Assembly: GCA_051750565.1 (NCBI GenBank)
Contig: JBNJJV010000007.1
Span: 98,901-162,900 of the forward strand
DNA from: Bacillota bacterium
GTDB taxonomy: Bacteria > Bacillota > Bacilli > Bacillales > Bacillaceae_B
Direction of reading: 5' to 3'
Length of the DNA: 64,000 nt
In this document: piece by piece, positions 16,835 through 25,483 of the stretch
Numbering within the stretch: position 1 is the stretch's first letter
Layout of the letters: every line of letters begins with the position of its first letter
Position numbers and translations under genes: made by a program
Notes under the pieces: generated by a model
The model's database searches: none
Seen by the model: the letters and a program-made list of their open reading frames with translations, nothing else
Told to the model about the DNA's origin: nothing

Positions 16835-17752
16835 TTATTTACTTGCTGTTTCATAAATCTTCAAATTCCCATAAATCAAACGCAACTCACGCGCTTCAAT
16901 CCCCTGGGCTTCTGCAGCCTTCAATAAATATCCGTATAAATGCTCCGCTTCCACGGAGAGATTTTTTTCCATATCCCGCTGTAAGGATGACTTCATGCTA
17001 TAACCCATTTGATTGATCTTATCGTATTGAGCTTCTTCTATCTTTTCAGCAAGTGGCGCTTTTAAGCTTCTCATAATCGCCGCGGCTTCATAAAGGACCC
17101 CTTTGATCCTATCTGCTCCCTCTGCTATTTCCCGAATCGGGCCAATCGGTGCCCGGTATAAGGATGTGACACCTGAAAGAGTGGAAATAAATAAATACTT
17201 ATGCCACATTTCCTGCTCGATGGTGTCGGTTAATCGAAAGTTTGCTTTCGTCCCTGATAATGCCTCTTCAAGATGTGCAATTCTTTCGGTTCTTTCACCG
17301 CTTCTCTCCCCAAAAACAAGGTCATGTATGGGACTTGATTGAATGACCTTCCCTGTTTCATCAAGCGTTGACTCCACAAAGCATAAACCGCCTATCACTC
17401 TTTCTTTCCCGAATGCTTTTATAAGATTGTCTACGTGAGACATTCCGTTTAAAAGTGGTAGAATCATCGTATTTTCACCCACGAAGGAGTGAAGGCTCTC
17501 GATTGCTCCCTTGAGATGATAGGCCTTGGTTGAAAGGATGATGGCGTCAAAGGGCTCTGCTTTTTCTTCTGATCTCATCGTTTTCGGCTTGCAGTGAAAA
17601 TCACCATGTACACTTTCAATTTGCAGTCCACGTTCTTTCAGCTGCTGCTCTCTTCGCTCACGGACGAGAAACGTAACATCCTCGCCTTTCTCTACCAATC
17701 TACCACCGAAGTAGCCCCCAACGGCACCTGCACCAACCACTAGTATTCTCAT
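16835..17752 (-). CDS. panE: 2-dehydropantoate 2-reductase (ketopantoate reductase)
   Basis: MRILVVGAGAVGGYFGGRLVEKGEDVTFLVRERR... is ApbA/PanE-like. Confidence 0.8.
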   Translation of the reverse strand: MRILVVGAGAVGGYFGGRLVEKGEDVTFLVRERREQQLKERGLQIESVHGDFHCKPKTMRSEEKAEPFDAIILSTKAYHLKGAIESLHSFVGENTMILPLLNGMSHVDNLIKAFGKERVIGGLCFVESTLDETGKVIQSSPIHDLVFGERSGERTERIAHLEEALSGTKANFRLTDTIEQEMWHKYLFISTLSGVTSLYRAPIGPIREIAEGADRIKGVLYEAAAIMRSLKAPLAEKIEEAQYDKINQMGYSMKSSLQRDMEKNLSVEAEHLYGYLLKAAEAQGIEARELRLIYGNLKIYETASK

Positions 17753-17878
17753 TCCATCCGCCTCCTTTTACTTTTCAATGCCATGTCACTATTCTCCGAT
17801 ATGAAAGCGGATAAATCAAAAATATTGACTTTGCAGAAAAATAAGGTGCCCTCCCAAAATAGTCAGGAGACACCACAT

Positions 17879-18487
17879 TCAAAACATCAACCCGTACACC
17901 AAAAATCGCTCATACTCATTCTTTTCATAATCCCCTGACAAATTCACCTCTTTCCGCAAGACGAAAAGGGGGTGATCTTCTAAATAATGCACATAATCAT
18001 CCGAGCTATAGTACAACACGATCTCGATATCACGTGGTGATTGTTCCACTGAAAAGAGGATGTTATTGATGATCCTCATGAAAATTTGAACGGAAAACGG
18101 ATTAAAAAAATAAAATCGGTTATCCTTTGGATGGATAGTATACTCTTCTGCAAGGCAGTGATAAAAGTAAAGATTATCATGTTTGGTTTTTGCCTTTTTT
18201 AAATAGCTTTCCCGGTTCGCCACGGCTTCTTCATAAAACCCTTCATTCATTTCAATGCCAACAACGGTAGATTGAAATAGATGGTGTATAAAGAAATTCA
18301 ATCTCCCTTTTCCACATCCAAAATCAACCACGCGATCGCTGCCATTCAATCTATAATGTCTGAATAATTCATCCAGTGCTTGATACGGAGTCGGTTCATA
18401 CCGATGATAATGAAAAGACCGGTGAAACCCCATCTGCAACTCACTCGTCCGAACACCTAATAATTCATCATAATTCTCTTCCTTCAT
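17879..18487 (-). CDS. Class I SAM-dependent methyltransferase
   Basis: It carries the VVDFGCGKGRLNFF motif I; 202 aa. Confidence 0.7.
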   Translation of the reverse strand: MKEENYDELLGVRTSELQMGFHRSFHYHRYEPTPYQALDELFRHYRLNGSDRVVDFGCGKGRLNFFIHHLFQSTVVGIEMNEGFYEEAVANRESYLKKAKTKHDNLYFYHCLAEEYTIHPKDNRFYFFNPFSVQIFMRIINNILFSVEQSPRDIEIVLYYSSDDYVHYLEDHPLFVLRKEVNLSGDYEKNEYERFLVYGLMF

Positions 18488-18602
18488 ACATACTCCTTCA
18501 TTTCTTTATTCATATCGTATTCAAAAGCTTGTTTCACTTGAAATCCCCTGTCTACTTTAGCTCATTTCCTTCCTTAAACTCCCTCCATATATAAGCACTT
18601 TC

Positions 18603-18631
18603 ATTGACAAACCCTCAAAATCCTAATACAT
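18603..18631 (+). promoter_or_regulatory. SigA-type promoter TTGACA-17-TACATT
   Basis: TTGACA at 18603-08, a 17-nt spacer, then TACATT at 18626-31. It lies just upstream of the riboswitch. Confidence 0.6.
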
Positions 18632-18638
18632 TAATAAT

Positions 18639-18742
18639 AACAAGGGGAGTAGCGACCGGTAAACGGCTGATGAATCGTCATCCCGGTATGAAAATACCTG
18701 GTTCATCAGGCTGGGCTCATTCTTCAGCACGCAAGACCTTGG
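18639..18742 (+). promoter_or_regulatory. yybP-ykoY (Mn2+) riboswitch aptamer
   Basis: The 5' end is AACAAGGGGAGTAGCG and the 3' end is CAGCACGCAAGACCTTGG. These match the conserved GGGGAGUAG ... AGCAAGACC ends of the motif. Confidence 0.8.
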
Positions 18743-18770
18743 TACAAAAATTTGTGCCGGGGTCTTTTTT
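18733..18770 (+). terminator. Riboswitch expression-platform terminator
   Basis: AGACCUUGGUAC-loop-GUGCCGGGGUCU (12 bp including 3 G-U pairs) is followed by U6. The left arm overlaps the aptamer 3' strand. Confidence 0.75.
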
Positions 18771-18796
18771 GTATGCGCTGGCTTGGAGGAGATTAT

Positions 18797-19756
18797 ATGG
18801 TTTACATTGTTTTTTTACTCGCTGCAGCCATCGTGGTTGCGGCCGCTATTTACCTGAATCAGTTCGGAGATGTCATCAGTAAGAAGTCTTCATTAAGTGG
18901 GGCTGTCGTAGGGACATTCCTCATTGCAGGGGCAACGTCACTCCCTGAATTAACAACGAGCTTAACGGCGGTTTATATCGATAACCCTGATATTGCCGTA
19001 GGAAACATGCTCGGTAGTAATGTGTTCAATCTTTTCATCCTGGCAGTGGTCGATCTTATTTATCGTAAAAAAAGATTGTTCCAAAAGGTGAACAGGAAGG
19101 CAAATATCCCTTCTGCGCTATTTGGATTCCTGTTTCTCATGATCATCATTTTCGCCCTTTTCATGCCGGGTTCCATTGAAGTGTTTGGCGTGGGGATCGA
19201 AATGTTTATCATCGTGTTTCTATACTTCGTTTCGATGAAATTCGTTTCCAGCGATGATGCTGAAGGAGAATCCGTACCTACAAAGGATTATTCCCTCAAA
19301 ACGGCAGTTATCGGTTTTATCATTGCTGCACTGGTTGTGTTTGCATCAGGTAGTGTGTTATCGATTGCAGGGGACCAATTGGCAAAGGCAACCGGCATGA
19401 ACTCAAGCTTTGTCGGGAGCTTTCTCATCGCTGCTTCGACTTCCCTGCCCGAACTCGTGACGGTTCTTGCTGCTTTTAAACTGGCAAACTATAATATGGC
19501 GATCGGCTCTATTCTCGGAAGCAATCTGTTTAACATTCAACTGCTCGTCCTGACCGATGTCCTTTACCGAAAAGGTGCCATCCTTGAAGCAGTCGATACG
19601 TCTCATACCTTTATCGCAGTCCTGGGCCTATTCATGACACTCGTCATCGTATACTTGCTTCTACGACCAGCCAATGTCATGAATAAGTGGCGATACATGG
19701 CTCCTTCCTTTATTATTACCGTTTTGTATATTGTCGTATCGTATGTATTATTTTAA
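18797..19756 (+). CDS. CaCA-family (Na+/Ca2+ exchanger-like) cation transporter
   Basis: Two alpha-repeats are present: GNMLGSNVFNLFILAV and GSILGSNLFNIQLLVL. ATG 18797 follows GGAGGA. Confidence 0.8.
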   Translation: MVYIVFLLAAAIVVAAAIYLNQFGDVISKKSSLSGAVVGTFLIAGATSLPELTTSLTAVYIDNPDIAVGNMLGSNVFNLFILAVVDLIYRKKRLFQKVNRKANIPSALFGFLFLMIIIFALFMPGSIEVFGVGIEMFIIVFLYFVSMKFVSSDDAEGESVPTKDYSLKTAVIGFIIAALVVFASGSVLSIAGDQLAKATGMNSSFVGSFLIAASTSLPELVTVLAAFKLANYNMAIGSILGSNLFNIQLLVLTDVLYRKGAILEAVDTSHTFIAVLGLFMTLVIVYLLLRPANVMNKWRYMAPSFIITVLYIVVSYVLF

Positions 19757-19762
19757 ACACCA

Positions 19763-19785
19763 AAAGGCGTGCCAGGCACGCCTTT
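19763..19785. terminator. Bidirectional terminator hairpin
   Basis: AAAGGCGTGCC-A-GGCACGCCTTT lies between convergent genes. Confidence 0.7.
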
Positions 19786-19789
19786 ACTT

Positions 19790-20029
19790 TTAAATAGGCT
19801 TCAAAATTGTCCGCTGCAACGGAACCCCGCCCATTGATACATTCCGTTCAATAAACAAATAGGTACGACCATCCACAATAAACGTTCGATTTCCCTTGTA
19901 TTTCACATCATTCCCTTGTTGCTCAAGCTCTTTTCTGATTGCCTCAATGTACTCTTCTTCCTTGAAAAATCGTTCTTCAAAGTCGATTTGGATGTATCCT
20001 TTTCGGTAGCCCATCAGCCAATTGAACAA
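19790..20029 (-). CDS. Hypothetical protein; the N-terminal TM helix may be cut off by an in-frame TGA (see finding)
   Basis: The ORF has a TTG start. In the same frame upstream lie ATG(20074) GGA TTT ATA TGA(20062-60) ATT GTA... Confidence 0.5.
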   Translation of the reverse strand: MFNWLMGYRKGYIQIDFEERFFKEEEYIEAIRKELEQQGNDVKYKGNRTFIVDGRTYLFIERNVSMGGVPLQRTILKPI

Positions 20030-20252
20030 GAAGAGCAGAGCGATGACTGCTAGTACAATTCATATAAATCCCATCCATTCTCATCCCCTCTCTATCGTTC
20101 TCTTACCTTATATACGAAGCAGATAGGCCTTATGTTTCAATTTTCCCAAAATTCCAATCAAAATAAAGTTGTTCAGGCACATCACATGATTCACCTCTTC
20201 ACTTATGGTAAATTTAACATGATTGAATCAATGGATAAGGAGTGAATGTTCG

Positions 20253-20927
20253 ATGGCTGATAAAGAACTAGTAAAGCAAGACATTTTAGATGCCTACCAT
20301 TTCAGGCATGCAACAAAGGAATTCGATCCAAACAAGAAAGTATCCGATGACGATTTACGATTCATCATGGAAACTGGCCGTCTGTCACCAAGTTCCTTTG
20401 GATTCGAGCCTTGGAGATTTGTCGTGATTCAAAACCCTGAACTGAGAGAAAAGATCAAGAACACGGCTTGGGGAGCATACGGAAAATTGCCAGAAGCCAG
20501 TCATTTCGTCGTAATCCTCGCTAGAACGAAAAAAGATACGAAATACGATTCACAATACTTACAGGATCATTTTAAAAACGTGAAAAACCTGCCAGAAGAT
20601 CATATGGCAAAATACTTAGAAAAAATCGAGCAGTTCCAAAAGGTTGATTTCGATTTATTGGAAGGTGATCGTCCCCTATACGACTGGGCCGGAAAGCAAA
20701 CCTATTTAGCCCTTGGAAATATGATGACAGCAGCCGCTCAAATCGGTGTAGACTCGTGTCCGATCGAAGGCTTTGACATCGGAAAGATGAATACGCTTTT
20801 AGATGAGGAAGGATTATTGGAAGATGGCCGTTTCAGCATTTCCGTCATGGTGGCATTCGGTTACCGGGTGAAGGATCCAGCACCGAAAACGCGTCGACCT
20901 TATGAAGATATCGTGAAGTTCGTTTAA
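20253..20927 (+). CDS. NAD(P)H nitroreductase-family oxidoreductase
   Basis: MADKELVKQDILDAYHFRHATKEFDPNKKVSDDDLRFIMETGRLSPSSFGFEPWRFVVI... ATG 20253 follows AAGGAGTG. Confidence 0.8.
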   Translation: MADKELVKQDILDAYHFRHATKEFDPNKKVSDDDLRFIMETGRLSPSSFGFEPWRFVVIQNPELREKIKNTAWGAYGKLPEASHFVVILARTKKDTKYDSQYLQDHFKNVKNLPEDHMAKYLEKIEQFQKVDFDLLEGDRPLYDWAGKQTYLALGNMMTAAAQIGVDSCPIEGFDIGKMNTLLDEEGLLEDGRFSISVMVAFGYRVKDPAPKTRRPYEDIVKFV

Positions 20928-20931
20928 TCTT

Positions 20932-20966
20932 AAAATGCCCCCGGTTACAGAACCGGGGGCATTTTT
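20932..20966. terminator. Bidirectional terminator
   Basis: AAAA-ATGCCCCCGGTT-acag-AACCGGGGGCAT-TTTT lies between convergent genes. Confidence 0.8.
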
Positions 20967-20975
20967 CATAAAATT

Positions 20976-22034
20976 CTACTGTTTAAACCAATCGGCTCCT
21001 TCATCCATGTGCACAAAGGGAATATCCGTATTCACCTCACCCAAGATCTTTTCAAGGACAACATCTTCCCCTTCAAGCCACTTGGCAAAATCAAAGACAA
21101 CCGGTTCCCGATCTCCCCCCAGGGCAAACCATGCTTTCATTTCTTTCGGAAAATATGCCGATGTATGGATGGTGCCGGCCCAGCTTCCGTATAAATCGGA
21201 GAAAACGCCTTTATCCGTATCATTCATTAAGCGGAATGCTAAATGGGCATCTGTAGTCTGCTTATCTCGAATAATACTCAATCGGCGTTTCGAATCGACC
21301 AGATGATTTCGATTTTCATGAGTCATCACTTCAAAATGATTTGTACACGCATTGGACTGCCGAACTTCTACCCCACGTGGTGATGTTTCTACAATAAATG
21401 TTTCTCCACTTTTATCGTACACCACATAACTAAACGAATGACGATGTGGAATTTCTTTCAACATTTCAACTGCTTCCGTTACATTTGCACATGATTCCAG
21501 GATCAATCTTCCGATCATACAGCAAATGAAACCATCCCCTGGATTTTTCCGATGCATGAAGTTATATCCGATCGCCAATCCTTTCTCATTCATACCATCC
21601 ATCCGTCCCGTTACCCGCTGACTCGGTCCGATAATACTATACCCGCCGTCCGTCGGCTGGTAAAACGTATACCTTCCCTCATACGTCTTCGGATGATAAT
21701 CATAATTTCGAATCAAATAATTTTCACCCGTCACAATCGAGCAGCCCGACTTCGTATATTCAACACGGTATCCGCCAAACTCCTTCAGCACCTTCTCCAT
21801 CGGCCACCCGAGCGCTTCCTGTAATCCGATAAGCTCATTCCATACCCCCGGAGCAAATTTAATGATCGCCTGCTTCGCTTCCTCAATGTTAATGGAGAAA
21901 CGGGGCTTTCTTACCTTCCACTGATTCTCACGATTTCTCACTGTGATCGATTCCTTTATCTTTTCCCCCTGCATATAGCCAAAATCATAATGAGATCCAC
22001 GGAACTGAATCACATCGCTATGTATTTTTTTCAT
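20976..22034 (-). CDS. C45-family peptidase / acyl-CoA:6-APA acyltransferase-like (Ntn hydrolase)
   Basis: MKKIHSDVIQFRGSHYDFGYMQGEKI...YTKSGCSIVTGENYLIRNYDYHP contains a Gly-Cys autoprocessing-type site. The family assignment is by recollection. Confidence 0.6.
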   Translation of the reverse strand: MKKIHSDVIQFRGSHYDFGYMQGEKIKESITVRNRENQWKVRKPRFSINIEEAKQAIIKFAPGVWNELIGLQEALGWPMEKVLKEFGGYRVEYTKSGCSIVTGENYLIRNYDYHPKTYEGRYTFYQPTDGGYSIIGPSQRVTGRMDGMNEKGLAIGYNFMHRKNPGDGFICCMIGRLILESCANVTEAVEMLKEIPHRHSFSYVVYDKSGETFIVETSPRGVEVRQSNACTNHFEVMTHENRNHLVDSKRRLSIIRDKQTTDAHLAFRLMNDTDKGVFSDLYGSWAGTIHTSAYFPKEMKAWFALGGDREPVVFDFAKWLEGEDVVLEKILGEVNTDIPFVHMDEGADWFKQ

Positions 22035-22144
22035 GTTCGCCCTCATTTTCTGTTTGAAGTTTCTTTTTTAAGGATAATAGAACCATTGGGAAAAATAAAG
22101 ATTGAGAATTGAGATTCCAGTAGTGTTAGCTGAGAGATTCTCAT

Positions 22145-22182
22145 TGTACCAGGTACACTTGAGGGAATTTGTACCTGGTACA
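22145..22182. repeat. TGTACCAGGTACA / TGTACCTGGTACA palindromic words
   Basis: The words are at 22145-57 and 22170-82. The same word occurs at 13529-41 and, partially, at 13558-70. Confidence 0.85.
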
Positions 22183-22330
22183 CGCAATTACGCGTTCAGT
22201 TGCTGAAATTCAACCGCATTGAGGGAGAATCATCACGTGGATATAAAGTTGTACTTGTCACCATTTTGCCATTCGGTTCCGGCCACAAATCAAACGTTTC
22301 GTGCCAGGAACCGAACCCACTAATAAATAC

Positions 22331-22359
22331 AAAAAGGAACGGTCACAACACCCGTTCCC
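22331..22359 (-). terminator. Rho-independent terminator of clpP
   Basis: On the minus strand, GGAACGG-loop-CCGTTCC is followed by T5. Confidence 0.75.
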
Positions 22360-22366
22360 TCTTCCA

Positions 22367-22951
22367 TCATTTCTTCTTCTCGATAATCTCATCGATAATC
22401 CCATATTCCTTGGCCTCGTAGGCACTCATGAAATAATCACGATCGGTATCAAGCGCAACTTTTTCAACGGGCTGGCCCGTTTTTTCAGCTATGATTTCGT
22501 TGATGTGCTGTCTTAGCTTCAGAATCCGTTTCGCAGAAATCTCCAGGTCTGTCGCCTGCCCCCGGGCACCACCTAACGGCTGATGAATCATGATTTCACT
22601 GTTTGGAAGGGCAAATCGCTTCCCTTTTGTTCCTGCAAGGAGGAGCATCGCCCCAAAGGAAGCCGCCATCCCTGTACAAATCGTTCGTACATCCGGATGG
22701 ATGTATTGCATGGTATCAAAGATGGCAAATCCCGCCGAAGTTGAGCCACCCGGGCTATTGATATATAAGGATATGTCTTTCTCTGGATCGTCTGCGGCAA
22801 GGAATAATAACTGAGCGACGATACTGTTGGCCATATGGTCATTCACCTCATCACTCACCATGATGATCCGGTCCTTTAACAATCGTGAGTAAATATCGTA
22901 GGATCGTTCCCCTTTACTGGACTGTTCAATGACATAAGGTATGGTGTTCAT
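22367..22951 (-). CDS. clpP: ATP-dependent Clp protease proteolytic subunit
   Basis: [31 protein letters not shown]...[11 protein letters not shown]...MIHQPLGG. The Ser/His/Asp catalytic context is present. Confidence 0.92.
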   Translation of the reverse strand: MNTIPYVIEQSSKGERSYDIYSRLLKDRIIMVSDEVNDHMANSIVAQLLFLAADDPEKDISLYINSPGGSTSAGFAIFDTMQYIHPDVRTICTGMAASFGAMLLLAGTKGKRFALPNSEIMIHQPLGGARGQATDLEISAKRILKLRQHINEIIAEKTGQPVEKVALDTDRDYFMSAYEAKEYGIIDEIIEKKK

Positions 22952-22972
22952 CTATACTTCCTCCTTCATTCG

Positions 22973-23662
22973 TTATGCAGCTAATGAGAGGACGCTTGAA
23001 GGAGAGTCAGACGTTCGTGCAATTCGGCCTTGGGCAGGAGCGTGTGCAAGCAAGATTGGAATGTATGTCAAAAGAAGGCTTGGATCCTGGGCAATCAGGC
23101 AGCGGTATAAAATCGCGTTCAACTCTTCCTGAAGAACTTCATTCCAGTAAGTTTGAACGCCGCTCCCGCCTTCATCATCGGAGATTTTCTTCAGCCTTGC
23201 CCTCGATCGATTCAGCAAGGCTTTCACAGCGGTTTCCGTCATCCCCAGAACATCTGCCACTTCAGAAATCTTGTATTGAAACGCTTCTTTTAAAACAAAG
23301 GTGACTAACTGTTTGGGGGTCATCTTTCTTGAAAGCTTTTCAATGGTTTCAAGACTGATCCCCTCTTTAGGAATGTCTTCACTCTTCACTTCCGGGACTC
23401 CGCCAATCGATTCCTTACTCTGTTTGCGAACTTTATCCACCCATAGATGATAAGCGATTTTATTGAGTAAAGATGAACTCCAATTCTGTTGAGTAGGGTA
23501 ATGACTCAGTGCCTTACAGATGGACTCTTGGGCCAAATCTTCACCGTCCCATTTGCTCTTCGTCAGAAAATAGCAGTATCGATAGAGCTTGGGCACAAGC
23601 TCTTCCATGACTTCATCATTTTGCTTTCGTTCATTCTTATTTAAGCTAGACCTCGTTTGCAT
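22973..23662 (-). CDS. ECF-like sigma-70 family sigma factor with a roughly 70-aa C-terminal extension
   Basis: Region 2 is LYRYCYFLTKSKWDGEDLAQE and region 4 is KISEVADVLGMTETAVKALLNRSRARL. ATG 23662 follows GGAGTGAGG. It stops 21 nt before clpP. Confidence 0.75.
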   Translation of the reverse strand: MQTRSSLNKNERKQNDEVMEELVPKLYRYCYFLTKSKWDGEDLAQESICKALSHYPTQQNWSSSLLNKIAYHLWVDKVRKQSKESIGGVPEVKSEDIPKEGISLETIEKLSRKMTPKQLVTFVLKEAFQYKISEVADVLGMTETAVKALLNRSRARLKKISDDEGGSGVQTYWNEVLQEELNAILYRCLIAQDPSLLLTYIPILLAHAPAQGRIARTSDSPSSVLSLAA

Positions 23663-23846
23663 CGTCCTCACTCCTTTGAATCCTCTCATGCTTATAACGG
23701 ATGAATAGGTGAAAAAGATATGGGTGAAAAGTATTTTTATCTATATTATATCCAACCGTACTGGATTGGGGAAAAAATTAGTTTATGCAGCGTGAATTGT
23801 GCTAAAGTTGAGTCATAAAAACAGGTGACGGAAAAGAGGATTAGCA

Positions 23847-24515
23847 ATGATTTCAATACTTGTCGTGGATGACGATCCCCATTTACGTAGGCTTATACGT
23901 GTTCATTTAGAGCAGAATGGCTACTTGGTTACCGAAGCACAAGATGGAGACGCAGCTTCTGTCATTCTCGAAGCACAGTCGATCGATTTGGCGATTGTCG
24001 ATTTAATGATACCTAATAAAGATGGATTTCAATTAGCGAAGGAAATCAGGGAGTACTACGATATCCCGATTATTATTTTGACCGCCAAGGATAGTCTTAT
24101 GGATAAAGCAAAAGGCTATGAAGCCGGGACCGATGATTATATGGTCAAACCCTTTGAAAAAGAAGAGCTTCTCTTTCGTGTACAAGCGATCCTGAGGAGT
24201 TTTCATCGTGCCGCTTCCCAGAAAATCCGTCTCAATGATATGATCCTAGATAAACGGTCGTACGAAGTGAAGGATTGATCCAAAACAATCATTTCTCCTC
24301 TTAAGGAATTTGAATTATTATATTATTTAGCAAACTTCCCAAACAGAACCTTTTCACGGGAAGAGATCATTCAACAAGTATGGGGAATGGATTTTGAAGG
24401 GGATGACCGAACGATTGATGTCCATATTAAGAGGCTCCGTGAACGGTTCCGCCATTCCGATGATTTCTTGATTGCTACTGTTCGTGGAGTAGGCTATAAA
24501 TTGGAGGTAACCTGA
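23847..24515 (+). pseudogene. OmpR-family response regulator interrupted by an in-frame TGA (24276-78)
   Basis: The receiver domain is MISILVVDDDPHLRRL...DLMIPNKDG. After the TGA, the same frame continues as SKTIISPLKEFELLYYLANFPNRTFSREEIIQQVWGMDFEGDDRTIDVHIKRLRERF...GVGYKLEVT*. Confidence 0.85.
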
Positions 24516-24838
24516 ATGCGTTCGCTTTATGTCCGGATTGTCTTCGTCACCCTTCTTATCATGTTTACGAGCAGTGTCATTGCTTTCATCGGTTCGAATC
24601 TTTACTATCAGCCATTTTAAAGCCTGCCAACGACGAAAAGAATACTGAAATCGCGAAAGACATCGTTGACTTATATAGTGCTTCTTCAATGGATGCACCT
24701 GCTTTTTTCATCAAACGGCAAAGCTCAGATATCAATTTTATGTAACCGATGGTGAAGTTTCCGGAACATTCTACGGAGAGGACTTTCGTGATCGAAGCAC
24801 CATCATGGACAAGTGGTTTGCGGCGCCAGCTGAATAGA
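24516..24838 (+). pseudogene. Sensor histidine kinase remnant (N-terminal TM/extracellular part only, frameshifted)
   Basis: MRSLYVRIVFVTLLIMFTSSVIAFIGSNLYYQPF* is followed in other frames by KPANDEKNTEIAKDIVDLYSAS.. and YQFYVTDGEVSGTFYGEDFRDRS... No HAMP/HisKA/ATPase sequence follows. Confidence 0.7.
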
Positions 24839-25368
24839 GCATAGTAAACCATTAACACTTCTGAGGAAAGAATCCGAATCAGAATGTGTCTGGCCACTTT
24901 CTTCTCTACTGCAGGTAGGAAAGAAAAGATCGGTCCTACTTCAGATGATCTCATGGCAGATCGAATTTCGGGAATTTGTTGAACGGGGAGGAAGATAAGT
25001 CCCAACTCTGCTGCCAAGAATAATACTTCTACTCCTATCCCGGAATATAGCAGGATGGTAAACGGTGCAAATAATTCTTCAGGAATGATAAATCTGGCTA
25101 ACACAAGCCCGAATACCATCAATCCAACGGCTTGTTTCTTCGACAGTTTAAGCGCGGCATAGGCAAGGGCCGGGGAAATAATCATCAAATCCAGTAGAGA
25201 TCCTATGACTACCCCACTTTCCAATTCAATCGAAAGAAATCGTTGAACTACGGGTTGATACAATAAAAGATTACTAAAGAGAACGACCCCTAACAGGGCG
25301 ATCGCCCACTTGGCTAATTTTGTTTCACGCAGTACATGAAAACTCCCCTCTCCCAACATCAATTCCAT
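24586..25368 (-). CDS. Polytopic membrane protein; the last ~75 codons read antisense through the kinase remnant (3' end probably not native)
   Basis: MELMLGEGSFHVLRETKLAKWAIALLGVVLFSNLLLYQPVV... is hydrophobic up to about residue 185 (...YYALFSWRRKP). Confidence 0.55.
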   Translation of the reverse strand: MELMLGEGSFHVLRETKLAKWAIALLGVVLFSNLLLYQPVVQRFLSIELESGVVIGSLLDLMIISPALAYAALKLSKKQAVGLMVFGLVLARFIIPEELFAPFTILLYSGIGVEVLFLAAELGLIFLPVQQIPEIRSAMRSSEVGPIFSFLPAVEKKVARHILIRILSSEVLMVYYALFSWRRKPLVHDGASITKVLSVECSGNFTIGYIKLISELCRLMKKAGASIEEALYKSTMSFAISVFFSSLAGFKMADSKDSNR

Positions 25369-25444
25369 ATACTTACATTATAACTCTTCCAGCTTTTTTG
25401 GAAATATTGATTTTCAATAAGCTACCATTCTCTTTTTCCTTAAC

Positions 25445-25476
25445 AAAAAAAATCCCCATCCAGTAAAGGGATGAGG
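25445..25476 (-). terminator. Rho-independent terminator of the EamA gene
   Basis: On the minus strand, CCUCAUCC-loop-GGAUGGGG is followed by A-U8. Confidence 0.75.
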
Positions 25477-25483
25477 TATGGAA

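Noticed and set aside
18604-18882. 92-aa + strand ORF upstream of the CaCA gene
   Set aside because: It is translated across the yybP-ykoY riboswitch and its terminator. The real gene starts at ATG 18797 behind GGAGGA.
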